Assembly: GCA_016302545.1 (NCBI GenBank)
Contig: JAEDNK010000001.1
Span: 1-44,568 of the forward strand
Direction of reading: 5' to 3'
Length of the DNA: 44,568 nt
Source: Bacillota bacterium
GTDB lineage: Bacteria; Bacillota; Clostridia; Peptostreptococcales; Anaerovoracaceae
The notes under the pieces: model-generated
Database searches by the model: none
What the model was told of the DNA's origin: nothing
Seen by the model: the letters and a program-made list of their open reading frames with translations, nothing else
Part shown: positions 26,726-36,483 of the stretch, piece after piece
Layout: each line of letters starts with the position of its first letter
Numbering within the stretch: position 1 is the stretch's first letter
Translations under genes and position numbers: made by a program

Positions 26726-28576
26726 GTGAACAGACTTTATATTAAATCACGAGACACCGCTCAGAAAACGGTTGAAGGTCTGTACAAAGACCTGGAAAGA
26801 AGAATCATCGCAAGCCCGCCGGGACAGTGTCCGGTGGATTTGACAGCTTCTTTCCTGAGATTGTGCCATTCCCAGAGCTGCGGAAAATGTGTTCCGTGTC
26901 GTGTGGGACTTGGGCAGCTCCAGCATATCATCGACAATATCCTTGATATTGATGGAGAGAAGGATATGGAGTCCATAAAGCTTATGGAGAAAACCGCGGA
27001 GGCAATAAGCGCCATGGCAGACTGCGCCATAGGTACAGAGGCCGCCAATATGGTACTCAGAGGCATAAGGGGATACAGAGAGGACTTTGAATCCCACATA
27101 AAGAACAGAACCTGCGCTGAGCACATTCGCTCCAACATTCAGGCAGTACCTTGTGTAGCCATGTGTCCTGCCGGAGTTGACGTACCTGGCTATACAGCAC
27201 TGGTAAAGGCAGGAAGATATGCAGATGCAGTAAGACTGATAAGAAAGGACAATCCTTTCCCGACTGTATGCGCCCTTATCTGTGAACACCCTTGCGAAAT
27301 GAGGTGCAGAAGAAACCTCATAGATGCGCCTATCAACATCAGAGGACTTAAACGTTTTGCCGTTGATAACTGCGGTGATGTGCCTGTTCCGGAGAAAATG
27401 GACGATACGGGAAAGAGAATAGCTGTAATCGGAGGCGGTCCTTCGGGACTTTCCGCAGCATATTTCCTTTCCATCATGGGACATAAGGTAACTGTATTTG
27501 AAAAGAGAACTCAGCTGGGAGGTATGCTCCGCTACGGCATTCCAAACTACAGACTTCCTAGAGAAAGACTGCAGTGGGATATAGATGCCATTCTCTCCAC
27601 AGGGGTTGAGGTGAAGTGTGATTACGACATTTCTTCTCCTGATGCAATGGCGGAAATCAGAGACAACTATGACGCAATATATATTTCCATCGGCTCACAT
27701 AATGCCAAGAGCATCGGAATTCCGGGAGAATATGCGAAAGGCGTAATTCCTGCCGTTGAGATGCTCAGAGGCATAGGCGACGATGCAATGCCTGATTTTG
27801 CAGGAAAAGCAGTTGTAGTCATAGGTGGCGGAAACGTAGCCATGGACGTGGCCAGAACGGCTAAGAGGCTTGGGGCTACCGATGTAAGCATCGTTTACAG
27901 AAGAAGAAGAGACGATATGACGGCTCTTCCTGATGAAATCGGAGGAGCTATTGCGGAGGGCTGCGATCTTGTTCAGCTTAAGGCGCCTTCCAGAATAGAA
28001 ACAGATAAGCACGGTGAGGTAAAGGCTCTCTGGGTTAAGCCTCAGATAGCAGGTCAGGCAGACGCCTCAGGAAGACCAAAGCCTGTGGATTCGTCAGAGC
28101 CGGAGCAGAAAATACCTTGCGATATCATCATTTCCGCAATAGGACAGGCCACCGATATAGGCTTCTTCGAGCAGTTTGGTATTCCTGTGTTCAGGGGAAA
28201 CATCAAGGCGGCAAGAAGCAGCGTAGTTGATACCGTTGGCGGAATTTACGCCGGCGGTGACTGCGTGACAGGTCCTTCGACAGTTATAAACGCTGTTGCT
28301 GCAGGTAAGGTAGCTGCGGCAAATATAGATACATATCTGGGATTCAATCATGAAATACAGGTTGATATAGAAATTCCTAATCCGGACCCAAGCGACAACC
28401 TGCCTTGCGGCCGTGTAGAGATGAAAGAAAGATATGCTAAACAGAGAGGAAACGACTTTGACGAGGTTGAGCAGGGCATGAGCCTTGAAGAAGCAATGCT
28501 TGAGGCTTCAAGATGTCTGCGCTGTGATTACCACGGCTTCGGTTCCTTCAGAGGAGGGAGGGATACAAAATGGTAA
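26726..28576 (+). CDS. GltD/NfnB-like NAD(P)H-dependent FeS flavoprotein with an N-terminal NuoF-type 4Fe-4S module
   Basis: GTG start after GAGGAGGAG. SCGKCVPCRVG (NuoF C-terminal cluster motif), CPAGVDVPGY...CEHPCEMRC (GltD Fer4_20-like), and two Rossmann motifs, IAVIGGGPSGLSAAYFL and VVVIGGGNVAMDVART. Confidence 0.85.
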   Translation: MNRLYIKSRDTAQKTVEGLYKDLERRIIASPPGQCPVDLTASFLRLCHSQSCGKCVPCRVGLGQLQHIIDNILDIDGEKDMESIKLMEKTAEAISAMADCAIGTEAANMVLRGIRGYREDFESHIKNRTCAEHIRSNIQAVPCVAMCPAGVDVPGYTALVKAGRYADAVRLIRKDNPFPTVCALICEHPCEMRCRRNLIDAPINIRGLKRFAVDNCGDVPVPEKMDDTGKRIAVIGGGPSGLSAAYFLSIMGHKVTVFEKRTQLGGMLRYGIPNYRLPRERLQWDIDAILSTGVEVKCDYDISSPDAMAEIRDNYDAIYISIGSHNAKSIGIPGEYAKGVIPAVEMLRGIGDDAMPDFAGKAVVVIGGGNVAMDVARTAKRLGATDVSIVYRRRRDDMTALPDEIGGAIAEGCDLVQLKAPSRIETDKHGEVKALWVKPQIAGQADASGRPKPVDSSEPEQKIPCDIIISAIGQATDIGFFEQFGIPVFRGNIKAARSSVVDTVGGIYAGGDCVTGPSTVINAVAAGKVAAANIDTYLGFNHEIQVDIEIPNPDPSDNLPCGRVEMKERYAKQRGNDFDEVEQGMSLEEAMLEASRCLRCDYHGFGSFRGGRDTKW

Positions 28577-30312
28577 AGCTGATGATAAACGGCCAGGAGG
28601 TCGCCGTTAAGGAGGGTACCTCCATAATGGATGCTGCCGAGAAGGTAGGTATACATATCCCGCACCTTTGTTATCTCAGAGGTATTAATGAAATAGGAGC
28701 ATGCAGGGTATGCGTAGTTGAGATAAAAGGGATGGAAAAGCTGGTAACAGCTTGCAATACCATATGCGAAGACGGTATGGAAATTCTTACAAACAGTCCT
28801 CGTGTGCGCCGCTACAGGAGAATAAACGTTGAGCTTATCCTTTCCGACCATAATGCAAACTGCGCCAGCTGTATAAAGAGCGGCAACTGCACGCTGCAGC
28901 AGATTTCCAACGATCTGGGAATCATAATGACAGACTATGAAAACATAGCGGAAAAGGCAAGATGGGACACAAATCTTCCTCTCATAAGAGACGCCTCCAA
29001 ATGTGTGAAGTGTATGCGCTGCGTTCAGGTATGTGAAAAGATACAGGACCTTGGCGTATGGAATCTCATAGGCGCAGGATACAGAACCACCATCGGAGTG
29101 AGAGAAAACAACGATATAAGCGATATAGACTGTGCACTCTGCGGTCAGTGCATAACCCATTGCCCTGTAGGAGCTCTCAGAGAAAGAGATGACAGAATTC
29201 CTCTCAACGAGGCGCTGGCAGATCCCGATAAGATTACAGTAGTTCAGATTGCTCCTGCCGTAAGAACAGCGTGGGGAGAGCAAATCGGGCTGAAAGACAA
29301 GGAAGCCACTATGGGCAAACTGGTCTGCGCATTGAAAAAAATAGGAATAGATTACGTTTTCGATACTAACTACAGCGCAGATATGACCATAATGGAGGAG
29401 GGCAGCGAATTTCTGTCAAGGCTTGCTAACCGCAACAGATTCACATGGCCTATGTACACCTCCTGCTGTCCGGGATGGGTTAGGTTTATGAAAACTCAGT
29501 ATCCTGATATGGTGGAAGACCTTTCCACGGCAAAATCGCCGCAGCAGATGTTCGGCGCACTGTCAAAGACATATATAGCACAGAAGCTAGGTGTTGACCC
29601 TGACAAGGTATATTCAATATCAATCATGCCATGCACCGCCAAGAAATACGAGAGAAGCGTCCGTGAAGTTAACAGTGCGGGACACGGAAACGATGTGGAT
29701 TTGGTGCTTACCACCAGAGAGCTAGACAGATTCATCAGAAGCGACAGCATCAAGCCTCAGGATCTCATCGACATGCCTTTTGATGACATCTTCGGCGAGG
29801 GCTCGGGAGCCGCAGTTATATTCGGTACTACCGGAGGAGTAATGGAGGCGGCCTTAAGAAGCGCATACTTCCTTGTAACGGGCGAAAACCCTGAACCTGA
29901 TGCATTTAAGAATGTAAGAGGTATGGATGGCTGGAAGGAAGCCGATTTCGACTTGGCAGGCACTCACCTTAAGGTAGCTGTAGCCAGTGGTCTGGGAAAT
30001 GCCAGAAGGCTGGTTGAAGCTGTAAGAAAGGGCGAGGTTGCTTACGACTTCGTTGAAATAATGGCCTGTCCGGGAGGCTGCGTAGGTGGCGGAGGACAAC
30101 CGTTTAAGGACGGCGAGGAAAAGGCAGAGGAGCGGGCAAAGAAGCTTTACGGGCTGGATAAGCACAGCGATATAAGGTTTTCCCACGAAAATCCTGCCGT
30201 TCAGCTTACATACAGCGAGTATCTGGACAAGCCTCTGTCTCACAGGGCTCACGGGCTCCTGCACACAGACCTGAACTCATGGAATCTGGATATGAGACAG
30301 GATGAGGAATAA
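28570..30312 (+). CDS. hydA: [FeFe] hydrogenase catalytic subunit, group A (M3 architecture)
   Basis: N-terminal 2Fe-2S (CYLRGINEIGACRVC), a His-ligated cluster region (HNANCASCIKSGNC) and two 4Fe-4S motifs (CVKCMRCVQVC, CALCGQCITHCP). H-cluster motifs TSCCPGW, MPCTAKKYE and MACPGGCVGGGGQP. Its ATG overlaps the upstream stop (ATGGTAA). Confidence 0.92.
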   Translation: MVKLMINGQEVAVKEGTSIMDAAEKVGIHIPHLCYLRGINEIGACRVCVVEIKGMEKLVTACNTICEDGMEILTNSPRVRRYRRINVELILSDHNANCASCIKSGNCTLQQISNDLGIIMTDYENIAEKARWDTNLPLIRDASKCVKCMRCVQVCEKIQDLGVWNLIGAGYRTTIGVRENNDISDIDCALCGQCITHCPVGALRERDDRIPLNEALADPDKITVVQIAPAVRTAWGEQIGLKDKEATMGKLVCALKKIGIDYVFDTNYSADMTIMEEGSEFLSRLANRNRFTWPMYTSCCPGWVRFMKTQYPDMVEDLSTAKSPQQMFGALSKTYIAQKLGVDPDKVYSISIMPCTAKKYERSVREVNSAGHGNDVDLVLTTRELDRFIRSDSIKPQDLIDMPFDDIFGEGSGAAVIFGTTGGVMEAALRSAYFLVTGENPEPDAFKNVRGMDGWKEADFDLAGTHLKVAVASGLGNARRLVEAVRKGEVAYDFVEIMACPGGCVGGGGQPFKDGEEKAEERAKKLYGLDKHSDIRFSHENPAVQLTYSEYLDKPLSHRAHGLLHTDLNSWNLDMRQDEE

Positions 30313-30315
30313 TAT

Positions 30316-30366
30316 AAAAATGGGCAGAAAACCAACCGATAATAGGGGTTCTGCCCATTTTTTTGC
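30316..30366. terminator. Bidirectional rho-independent terminator between hydA and the convergent recN
   Basis: AAAAATGGGCAGAA...TTCTGCCCATTTTTTT: a 12-bp outer stem flanked by A- and T-tracts. Confidence 0.78.
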
Positions 30367-30375
30367 TTCTCGTAT

Positions 30376-32004
30376 CTAATTGGAACAGCGGCTGCCTGCG
30401 ATAAGTTCACGAGCGCTTTGAAGGGTGGTATCGGTAATGGTGGTACCTCCCAGAAGTCTGGCGACCTCGGAGACCTTTTCCTCGTCTGTCAGCTTATCAA
30501 CTATTGTGAAGGTCTTTTCGCCGTCGGTTTCCTTATAAATTCTATAGTTTCTGTCACCTGCAGCTGCAATCTGCGGCAGGTGAGTAATGCAGATAATCTG
30601 ATGCTGGCGGGAGATTTCACCCAGCTTTTTTGCTACTATGCTGGCTGTTATTCCGCTGATACCGTTATCGATTTCGTCGAAGATAAGGGTAGGAATCATG
30701 TCGGAAGAACTTATAATGTTCTTGAAAGCAAGCATAATTCTTGACATTTCGCCGCCGGAGGCTATTTTATACAGAGGCTTCAGCGGCTCGCCACGGTTGG
30801 CTGATATAAAAAATTCAACCTTGTCCATGCCTTCCTCTGTTGGAGCGTCAAGAGGCTCTACGGCTATCTTCATCTGAGCGTCCTTAAAGTTAAGGTCGGA
30901 AAGCTCAGCCAGAATTTTAGTTTCAAGCTCTGCAGCGATTTCCTTTCTTATTCCGGTCAGAGTTCCGCAGGCTTCCATAAGAGCATTTCTGGAAGCGATG
31001 AGCTGCTTTTCCAGACGGTGTTTTTCGTCATCAAAGTTATCTATCTTTTCCAGTTTAGATGCTATATCCTCTCTATAGGTCAGTATTTCTCCGATGGAGG
31101 AGCCGTATTTTTTCTTCAGATTGTCTATTCGGTTGAGCCTTGTAATCAGGCTGTCAAGCTCGGCAGGAGAGAAGGAGATGCTTTCCCGCATTTCTCCAAG
31201 ACTGCGGCTAATATCCTGCAGTCTGTAATATATGTCACCGAACTCTGCCGAAATGCTTTCAAGATCGCGGGAGTAGGAGGAAATTTCTTCTATGGCTCTG
31301 TGGCAGGCTCCGGCTCCGTCTATGAGGGAGGGGCTTGCTTCTGTCAGCAGAGCATAAGATTTTTCTATGCTTTCAAATATTTTTTCACTGTTCTGCAGAA
31401 GGGAAATTCTTTCCTCCAAATCTGTATCTTCATCAGGTTTCAGATTAGTGCTGTCGATTTCGTCAAGCTCGAACCTGTAAAAATCCTTTTTGCGGGCGTT
31501 TTCCTTTTCCATGGCAAGAAGGGAAGCTAGCTCGCTTCTGCAGCGGGCAAAAGCACCATATCTTTGAGAAACCTCTTCTAAAACAGGACATGTCTTATCC
31601 TTATGGTACGAATCCACCAGCACCTTATGGTAATCGGGATTGAGCAAGGACTGGTTGTCATACTGTCCGTGAATGTCGGCAAGCTTTCTGCAAACCTCGT
31701 TGAGACGTGACAGGGTGACAATTTCACCGTTGAGACGGCACAGGTTCTTTCCTGAAGCGGAGACCTCTCTGGTAATGACGATTTCCTCCCCGTCAAGCTC
31801 TCCAAGAAGCTGTACAACTGCTTTGTCTGCGCCGGTTCTGACGGAGGAGGTGTCTGCGCGGCTTCCAAGGGCAAGGCTTACAGCTTCTATAACAATAGAT
31901 TTACCGGCGCCTGTTTCGCCGGTAATAATGTTTAAGCCCGCTTCAAAATCCACTTCTGTGTTTTCAATTATAGCAAAGTTTTTAATACTTATATGGTTAA
32001 TCAT
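30376..32004 (-). CDS. recN: DNA repair protein RecN
   Basis: 542 aa. Walker A GETGAGKSI, a coiled-coil middle, signature ASGGEMSR and Walker B LIFDEID. Its start overlaps the argR stop by 8 nt. Confidence 0.9.
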   Translation of the reverse strand: MINHISIKNFAIIENTEVDFEAGLNIITGETGAGKSIVIEAVSLALGSRADTSSVRTGADKAVVQLLGELDGEEIVITREVSASGKNLCRLNGEIVTLSRLNEVCRKLADIHGQYDNQSLLNPDYHKVLVDSYHKDKTCPVLEEVSQRYGAFARCRSELASLLAMEKENARKKDFYRFELDEIDSTNLKPDEDTDLEERISLLQNSEKIFESIEKSYALLTEASPSLIDGAGACHRAIEEISSYSRDLESISAEFGDIYYRLQDISRSLGEMRESISFSPAELDSLITRLNRIDNLKKKYGSSIGEILTYREDIASKLEKIDNFDDEKHRLEKQLIASRNALMEACGTLTGIRKEIAAELETKILAELSDLNFKDAQMKIAVEPLDAPTEEGMDKVEFFISANRGEPLKPLYKIASGGEMSRIMLAFKNIISSSDMIPTLIFDEIDNGISGITASIVAKKLGEISRQHQIICITHLPQIAAAGDRNYRIYKETDGEKTFTIVDKLTDEEKVSEVARLLGGTTITDTTLQSARELIAGSRCSN

Positions 32005-32464
32005 TGTTTGTCCTCGTGTGAAGCATTTTGTTAAACTCGTCTATGATTGCAGGTACGTTTTCAGGATCGTCTGCAATAAGCAGCAGGGTGTTGTCTCCTG
32101 CCAGGGAGCCTTTGATGTGAGGCATATTGCTGGTGTCGATGGCTTCACCGGCTGCGTTGGCGCATCCGGAGAGTGTTTTGACGATGATGATATTGCCTGA
32201 GGAGTCTACCGAGGTGACGGTTTGTCTAAAAATTTTAACAAATCTGTCGGATACAGGAAGATCCTTGGAAGTACTCACTGCATACTTATACTTGCCCGAA
32301 GATGACAGAGTTTTAACCAGCTGCAGCTCTTTAATATCGCGGGAAATCGTGGCTTGAGTTACTTCAAAGCCGCTTTTTCTGAGCATGGTCGCAAGCTTTT
32401 CCTGGGTATCTACTTCGTTGTTGGTGATAATTTCAATAATCTTGTTCTGTCTTGAATACCGCAT
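31997..32464 (-). CDS. argR: Arginine repressor ArgR/AhrC
   Basis: 155 aa. Winged-helix N-terminus (RQNKIIEIITNNEVDTQEKLATMLRKSGFEVTQATISRDIKEL) and a C-terminal oligomerisation/arginine-binding domain (GSLAGDNTLLL). Confidence 0.88.
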   Translation of the reverse strand: MRYSRQNKIIEIITNNEVDTQEKLATMLRKSGFEVTQATISRDIKELQLVKTLSSSGKYKYAVSTSKDLPVSDRFVKIFRQTVTSVDSSGNIIIVKTLSGCANAAGEAIDTSNMPHIKGSLAGDNTLLLIADDPENVPAIIDEFNKMLHTRTNND

Positions 32465-32564
32465 ACATACCTCCGATAATATAAAGAGATTATATATATA
32501 TAATTGACATGGAATAATTTTGTTATGATTTTATCACATCCGGCGGTTTTTTTCAACAGAAATA

Positions 32565-32593
32565 TAGACAAACAAATGTTTGTATGTTACAAT
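32565..32593 (+). promoter_or_regulatory. Putative ruvC promoter (TAGACA-17-TGtTACAAT) with the embedded palindrome ACAAACA-AA-TGTTTGT (32568-32583)
   Basis: The hexamers and the perfect 7-bp inverted repeat were read directly. The palindrome covers part of the -35 and most of the spacer. Confidence 0.5.
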
Positions 32594-32620
32594 TTACGGA
32601 GAAAAAACAGGAGAATTGCA

Positions 32621-33130
32621 ATGAGGATTTTGGGAATAGACCCCGGATATGCCATACTGGGCTATGGAATTCTTGACATGAAGGGAAACCGATTTTCCGT
32701 CGTCACCTACGGTTCAGTGTTTACAGACGCCGGCATGAACATGCCTGACCGCCTGCAGGTGATTTATGACAGACTTACCGAAATAATAGACGAATATGAG
32801 CCTGAGGAGGCATCCATAGAAGAACTTTTCTTTAACAGCAACGCCAAGACAGCCATTCTGGTGGGAGAGGCCCGCGGCGTGGCGGTGCTTGCATGCGCTA
32901 AGAAGGGTCTTAAGATAAGCGAATACACACCGCTGCAGATAAAACAGGCGCTGGTAGGCTACGGCAGAGCGGATAAAAAACAGGTACAGTCCATGGTAAA
33001 GGCTATTCTCAATCTGGAAAAGGTGCCTAAGCCCGACGATACTGCAGATGCACTGGCAGCAGCTATCTGCCATGGGCATTCCGCCGGTGCAGGGGGCAGA
33101 CGGCAGCTTCGCATCAAGGAGGGAATTTAA
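32621..33130 (+). CDS. ruvC: Crossover junction endodeoxyribonuclease RuvC
   Basis: [12 protein letters not shown]-terminus and [13 protein letters not shown]-terminal catalytic motif. AGGAGAA RBS. The track start at 32504 runs through the promoter and is rejected. Confidence 0.88.
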   Translation: MRILGIDPGYAILGYGILDMKGNRFSVVTYGSVFTDAGMNMPDRLQVIYDRLTEIIDEYEPEEASIEELFFNSNAKTAILVGEARGVAVLACAKKGLKISEYTPLQIKQALVGYGRADKKQVQSMVKAILNLEKVPKPDDTADALAAAICHGHSAGAGGRRQLRIKEGI

Positions 33131-33132
33131 CT

Positions 33133-33768
33133 TTGATTAAATATATAAGAGGTTATTACGCCATGAGCTTTGCAGGGGGAATAGTGGTTGAAACGCCCTC
33201 AGGCATAGGCTTTGAAATAAACATTCCGGTCGGTTCGCCGCTGTATAAGTACGGCGAAGGCGAGGAGATAACGATCTTCACAGCTATGATTGTTAAAGAG
33301 GACGATATCAGTCTTTACGGTTTTCACAACAAGGAAAGCCTCGACCTTTTCCGTATGCTTATAACCGTAAGCGGCATCGGCGCCAAGGGGGCTATGGCAA
33401 TAATGGGTTCCTTATCTGCTGACGAGCTGAGAAGAGCCATTTTATTCGAAGATGTCAAGGAAATCAGCAAAGCCAACGGAGTGGGAAAAAAGACCGCCGA
33501 GAGACTGATACTGGAGCTTAAGGATAAAATAGGCAAGCTGGGAGGCACATCCGATGCTTCAGAGATGATAGCAGGAGGTGGTGATTTTGCTGTCGGCAGC
33601 GGACTGTCAGGGGCTGACGGCGCTGAGGATGCCAGAACGGAGGCGATTTATGCTCTTGTAAGCCTTGGTTACAGCAAAGCGGAGGCTTTCGCCGCAGTAT
33701 CCAGAGTGCCGGAAGAAGGACTTACGGGAGAAGAATACATAAAAAAGGCGCTTAAAAGCCTGTTTTAA
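33133..33768 (+). CDS. ruvA: Holliday junction branch-migration complex subunit RuvA
   Basis: TTG start 9 nt after AAGGAGGG. MIKYIRG...VVETPSGIGFEINIP OB domain and HhH motifs (VSGIGAKGAMAI, ANGVGKKTAERL). Confidence 0.87.
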   Translation: MIKYIRGYYAMSFAGGIVVETPSGIGFEINIPVGSPLYKYGEGEEITIFTAMIVKEDDISLYGFHNKESLDLFRMLITVSGIGAKGAMAIMGSLSADELRRAILFEDVKEISKANGVGKKTAERLILELKDKIGKLGGTSDASEMIAGGGDFAVGSGLSGADGAEDARTEAIYALVSLGYSKAEAFAAVSRVPEEGLTGEEYIKKALKSLF

Positions 33769-33783
33769 AGAGGTAACGATTTA

Positions 33784-34824
33784 ATGGAAAACGAAAGAAT
33801 CACATCTGCCGCTGCCAAATCGGGGGAAGGAAGAATGGAGGCGGGACTACGCCCTCAGCATCTTGACGACTACATAGGCCAGCAGGGTGTCAAGGAAAAT
33901 CTTAAAATATTCATAGAGGCAGCGCGCCTGCGTGGAGAACCGCTGGATCATGTGCTTTTTTACGGCCCTCCGGGACTTGGCAAGACCACACTGGCAGGTA
34001 TCATAGCCAACGAGCTGGGGGTAGACATTAAGATAACCTCTGGTCCTGCCATAGAAAGAGCCGGGGATCTTGCTGCTATTCTGACAAATCTCAACGACAA
34101 CGATGTGCTTTTTATAGACGAAATACACAGGCTCAACCGCTCTGTGGAAGAGGTGCTTTACTCTGCCATGGAGGATTACGCCCTTGATATAATCATAGGC
34201 AAAGGTCCTTCGGCGCGGTCAATCAGACTTGATTTGGCTAAATTCACTCTAATAGGAGCAACCACCCGTGCGGGAAGCCTTTCTGCACCGCTTAGAGACA
34301 GGTTCGGTGTGCTGGGTAAGTTTGAGATGTATACTCCCGCAGAGCTTGCGCAGATTATAAAGAGAACGGCGGGAATTCTGGGAGTAGCCATAGATGAGGA
34401 ATCCGTAGGAGAAATGGCCAGAAGGTCCAGGGGTACTCCGAGGGTCGCCAACAGAATGCTTAAGAGGATAAGGGACTTTTCACAGGTAAAAGGGAACGGC
34501 TCCATCGACATAGACATAACCAGAGAGGGTCTTGCTGCCCTAGGAGTAGACGAACTGGGGCTTGAACGCCTCGACAGGGAAATTCTCAATACCATAATTC
34601 AGCGCTTTAACGGCGGACCGGTGGGAATAGATACCATTGCCGCTTCCATTGGCGAGGAAAGGGTCACCATCGAAGATGTCTATGAGCCTTATCTGATACA
34701 GTCAGGGCTCCTTTACAGGACGCCTAAGGGAAGAATGGTTTCAAAGGACGGCTACAGACATATGGGTCTTGATTATGCCGGAGATGATGAAAACAACGAA
34801 GAGGAAAGGCAAATTACATTTTAA
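33784..34824 (+). CDS. ruvB: Holliday junction DNA helicase RuvB
   Basis: Walker [10 protein letters not shown], Walker B DEIHR, sensor motifs and [13 protein letters not shown]. Confidence 0.93.
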   Translation: MENERITSAAAKSGEGRMEAGLRPQHLDDYIGQQGVKENLKIFIEAARLRGEPLDHVLFYGPPGLGKTTLAGIIANELGVDIKITSGPAIERAGDLAAILTNLNDNDVLFIDEIHRLNRSVEEVLYSAMEDYALDIIIGKGPSARSIRLDLAKFTLIGATTRAGSLSAPLRDRFGVLGKFEMYTPAELAQIIKRTAGILGVAIDEESVGEMARRSRGTPRVANRMLKRIRDFSQVKGNGSIDIDITREGLAALGVDELGLERLDREILNTIIQRFNGGPVGIDTIAASIGEERVTIEDVYEPYLIQSGLLYRTPKGRMVSKDGYRHMGLDYAGDDENNEEERQITF

Positions 34825-34829
34825 AAGCT

Positions 34830-35894
34830 ATGCATATTAATGATTTTGATTACGAGCTGCCAAAGGAGCTTATAGCTCAGACACCGGCAGAAAAAAGAGA
34901 TTTTTCAAGGCTTATGGTGGTTGACCGCAGCACAGGTCAGGTGGAGCATAAGCATTTTTACGATATACTGGAATATCTGGGGCCGGGAGACTGCCTGGTG
35001 CTTAACAATTCCAAGGTGTTGCCAGCAAGACTTTTTGGAGTCAAGGAAGGCACAGGCGCAAAGGTGGAGTTTCTTCTTACCAAAAGAATAGAAGGGGATA
35101 CATGGGAAACCATGGTAAGACCCGGCAAGCGCCTTAAGGTGGGTGATGCCGTAACCTTTGCCGGTTCAGAAGGTGAGAAAGGAAAGCTTTTCCGCGCCGT
35201 AGTAAAGGACTACGGAAATGACGGTACGAGAATCGTGGAGTTTGAGTACGACGGTATTTTCCTGGAAAGACTGGAAGAACTGGGACAGATGCCTCTGCCT
35301 CCGTACATTGAGAGAGAGAACAATAAAGAGGACAGAGACAGGTATCAGACCGTATACTGTCGTGACGAAGGCTCGGTTGCAGCGCCGACGGCAGGACTCC
35401 ACTTTACAAAAGAACTTCTTGCAAAAGCTGAGGCCAAGGGCGTGAAAATCGCCTATGTAACCCTTCATGTGGGCATAGGAACCTTCAGACCAGTAAAGGT
35501 TGAAAACATCGAAGAGCATCACATGCACTTCGAGGAGTATTTTGTTGACGAAGAGACAGCCGAAACCATTAACGATACCATTAAGGCCGGGGGCAGAATC
35601 GTTTCCGTGGGGACCACCTCCACAAGGACAGTGGAGAGCGCCGCCAAGTTTGACGAAGCCAGTGGACTCTGGCTGGTTCAGCCGGGTCACGGCAACACGG
35701 ACATATTCATATATCCTGGTTATGAGTTTAAAATTATAGGTGCTCTTATAACCAATTTCCATCTTCCTAAATCAACTCTGCTTATGTTGATTTCGGCACT
35801 GTACAACAGAGAGGATATTTTGAGGGTATATAAGATAGCCGTAGAGGAAAAGTACAGATTTTTCAGCTACGGGGATGCCATGTTTATTAAGTAA
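34830..35894 (+). CDS. queA: S-adenosylmethionine:tRNA ribosyltransferase-isomerase
   Basis: 354 aa. Motifs [31 protein letters not shown] and GDAMFI. Confidence 0.92.
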   Translation: MHINDFDYELPKELIAQTPAEKRDFSRLMVVDRSTGQVEHKHFYDILEYLGPGDCLVLNNSKVLPARLFGVKEGTGAKVEFLLTKRIEGDTWETMVRPGKRLKVGDAVTFAGSEGEKGKLFRAVVKDYGNDGTRIVEFEYDGIFLERLEELGQMPLPPYIERENNKEDRDRYQTVYCRDEGSVAAPTAGLHFTKELLAKAEAKGVKIAYVTLHVGIGTFRPVKVENIEEHHMHFEEYFVDEETAETINDTIKAGGRIVSVGTTSTRTVESAAKFDEASGLWLVQPGHGNTDIFIYPGYEFKIIGALITNFHLPKSTLLMLISALYNREDILRVYKIAVEEKYRFFSYGDAMFIK

Positions 35895-35907
35895 TTATAG
35901 TAAAACG

Positions 35908-35944
35908 AAACCCCTGATGTTTATTGAGCAGCAGGGGTTTTAAA
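35908..35944. terminator. Bidirectional terminator between queA and the convergent SEC-C gene
   Basis: AAACCCCTG...CAGGGGTTTT: a 9-bp stem flanked by A/T tracts. Confidence 0.7.
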
Positions 35945-35948
35945 ATAT

Positions 35949-36449
35949 CTATTTATTGGCGCCGCAGCACTTCTTATACTTCTTGCCGCTTCCGCAAGGG
36001 CACGGGTCGTTTCTGCCCGGTTCTTTTTCCTTGTGAACGGTCTTGGAACGCTTGAAGTCCTTTACGATTTCCATTCTCTTTTCCTCGGAAAGCACGTCAT
36101 CCCACTGCGGCAGGGTGTAGAGATAGTCTGCGTCGGCCTTAAGCATGTTGAAGAAAAGCTTTTCCATATCCACGTCAAGGTCGATTTCCGTATCCTCTGT
36201 GAATTTTTCCAAATCGTTAGTTTCCTTTAAGCTTGTGTTGATACCGTCAAGAAAGCCCATGAAGATTACAGGATCAGCCGCAAACTGCTCGACCAGCTGG
36301 CTGTACTTACCTTTCAGGTGTTCGTCTTTATGTGCCAGAATATGTTCGTAGATTCTCGTCTCCGTGGAGCTGTATTCCTCCCAAAACGCCTCAAAGGTTT
36401 CATCTGTCTGACCCTCCATCAGGTCAACCCACTGTTTGTATAAACTCAT
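35949..36449 (-). CDS. SEC-C motif-containing protein of unknown function
   Basis: 166 aa acidic protein ending in the SecA-type zinc motif [31 protein letters not shown] precedes the ATG at 36449. The track start at 36503 overlaps hom. Confidence 0.7.
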   Translation of the reverse strand: MSLYKQWVDLMEGQTDETFEAFWEEYSSTETRIYEHILAHKDEHLKGKYSQLVEQFAADPVIFMGFLDGINTSLKETNDLEKFTEDTEIDLDVDMEKLFFNMLKADADYLYTLPQWDDVLSEEKRMEIVKDFKRSKTVHKEKEPGRNDPCPCGSGKKYKKCCGANK

Positions 36450-36483
36450 TTTGTATTTTCCTCCTTGAATATTCTTTACGTAT

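Noticed and set aside
26747-29283. Long minus-strand ORFs 26747..27484 (245 aa) and 28528..29283 (251 aa)
   Set aside because: They lie antisense to the GltD-like and hydA genes. The translations are low-complexity and Cys/Tyr-rich with no start context.
32510-32527. ARG-box-like sequence TGGAATAATTTTGTTA in the argR/ruvC divergent region
   Set aside because: Only the left half resembles TGAAT. The right half does not match ATTCA. The match is too weak to call an ArgR operator without a position weight matrix.
32583-32594. 12-mer TATGTTACAATT shared by the ruvC and secG (43779-43790) upstream regions
   Set aside because: It is explained as an extended -10 (TGnTACAAT) promoter consensus rather than a dedicated regulatory motif. 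Two occurrences are not enough to argue for more.
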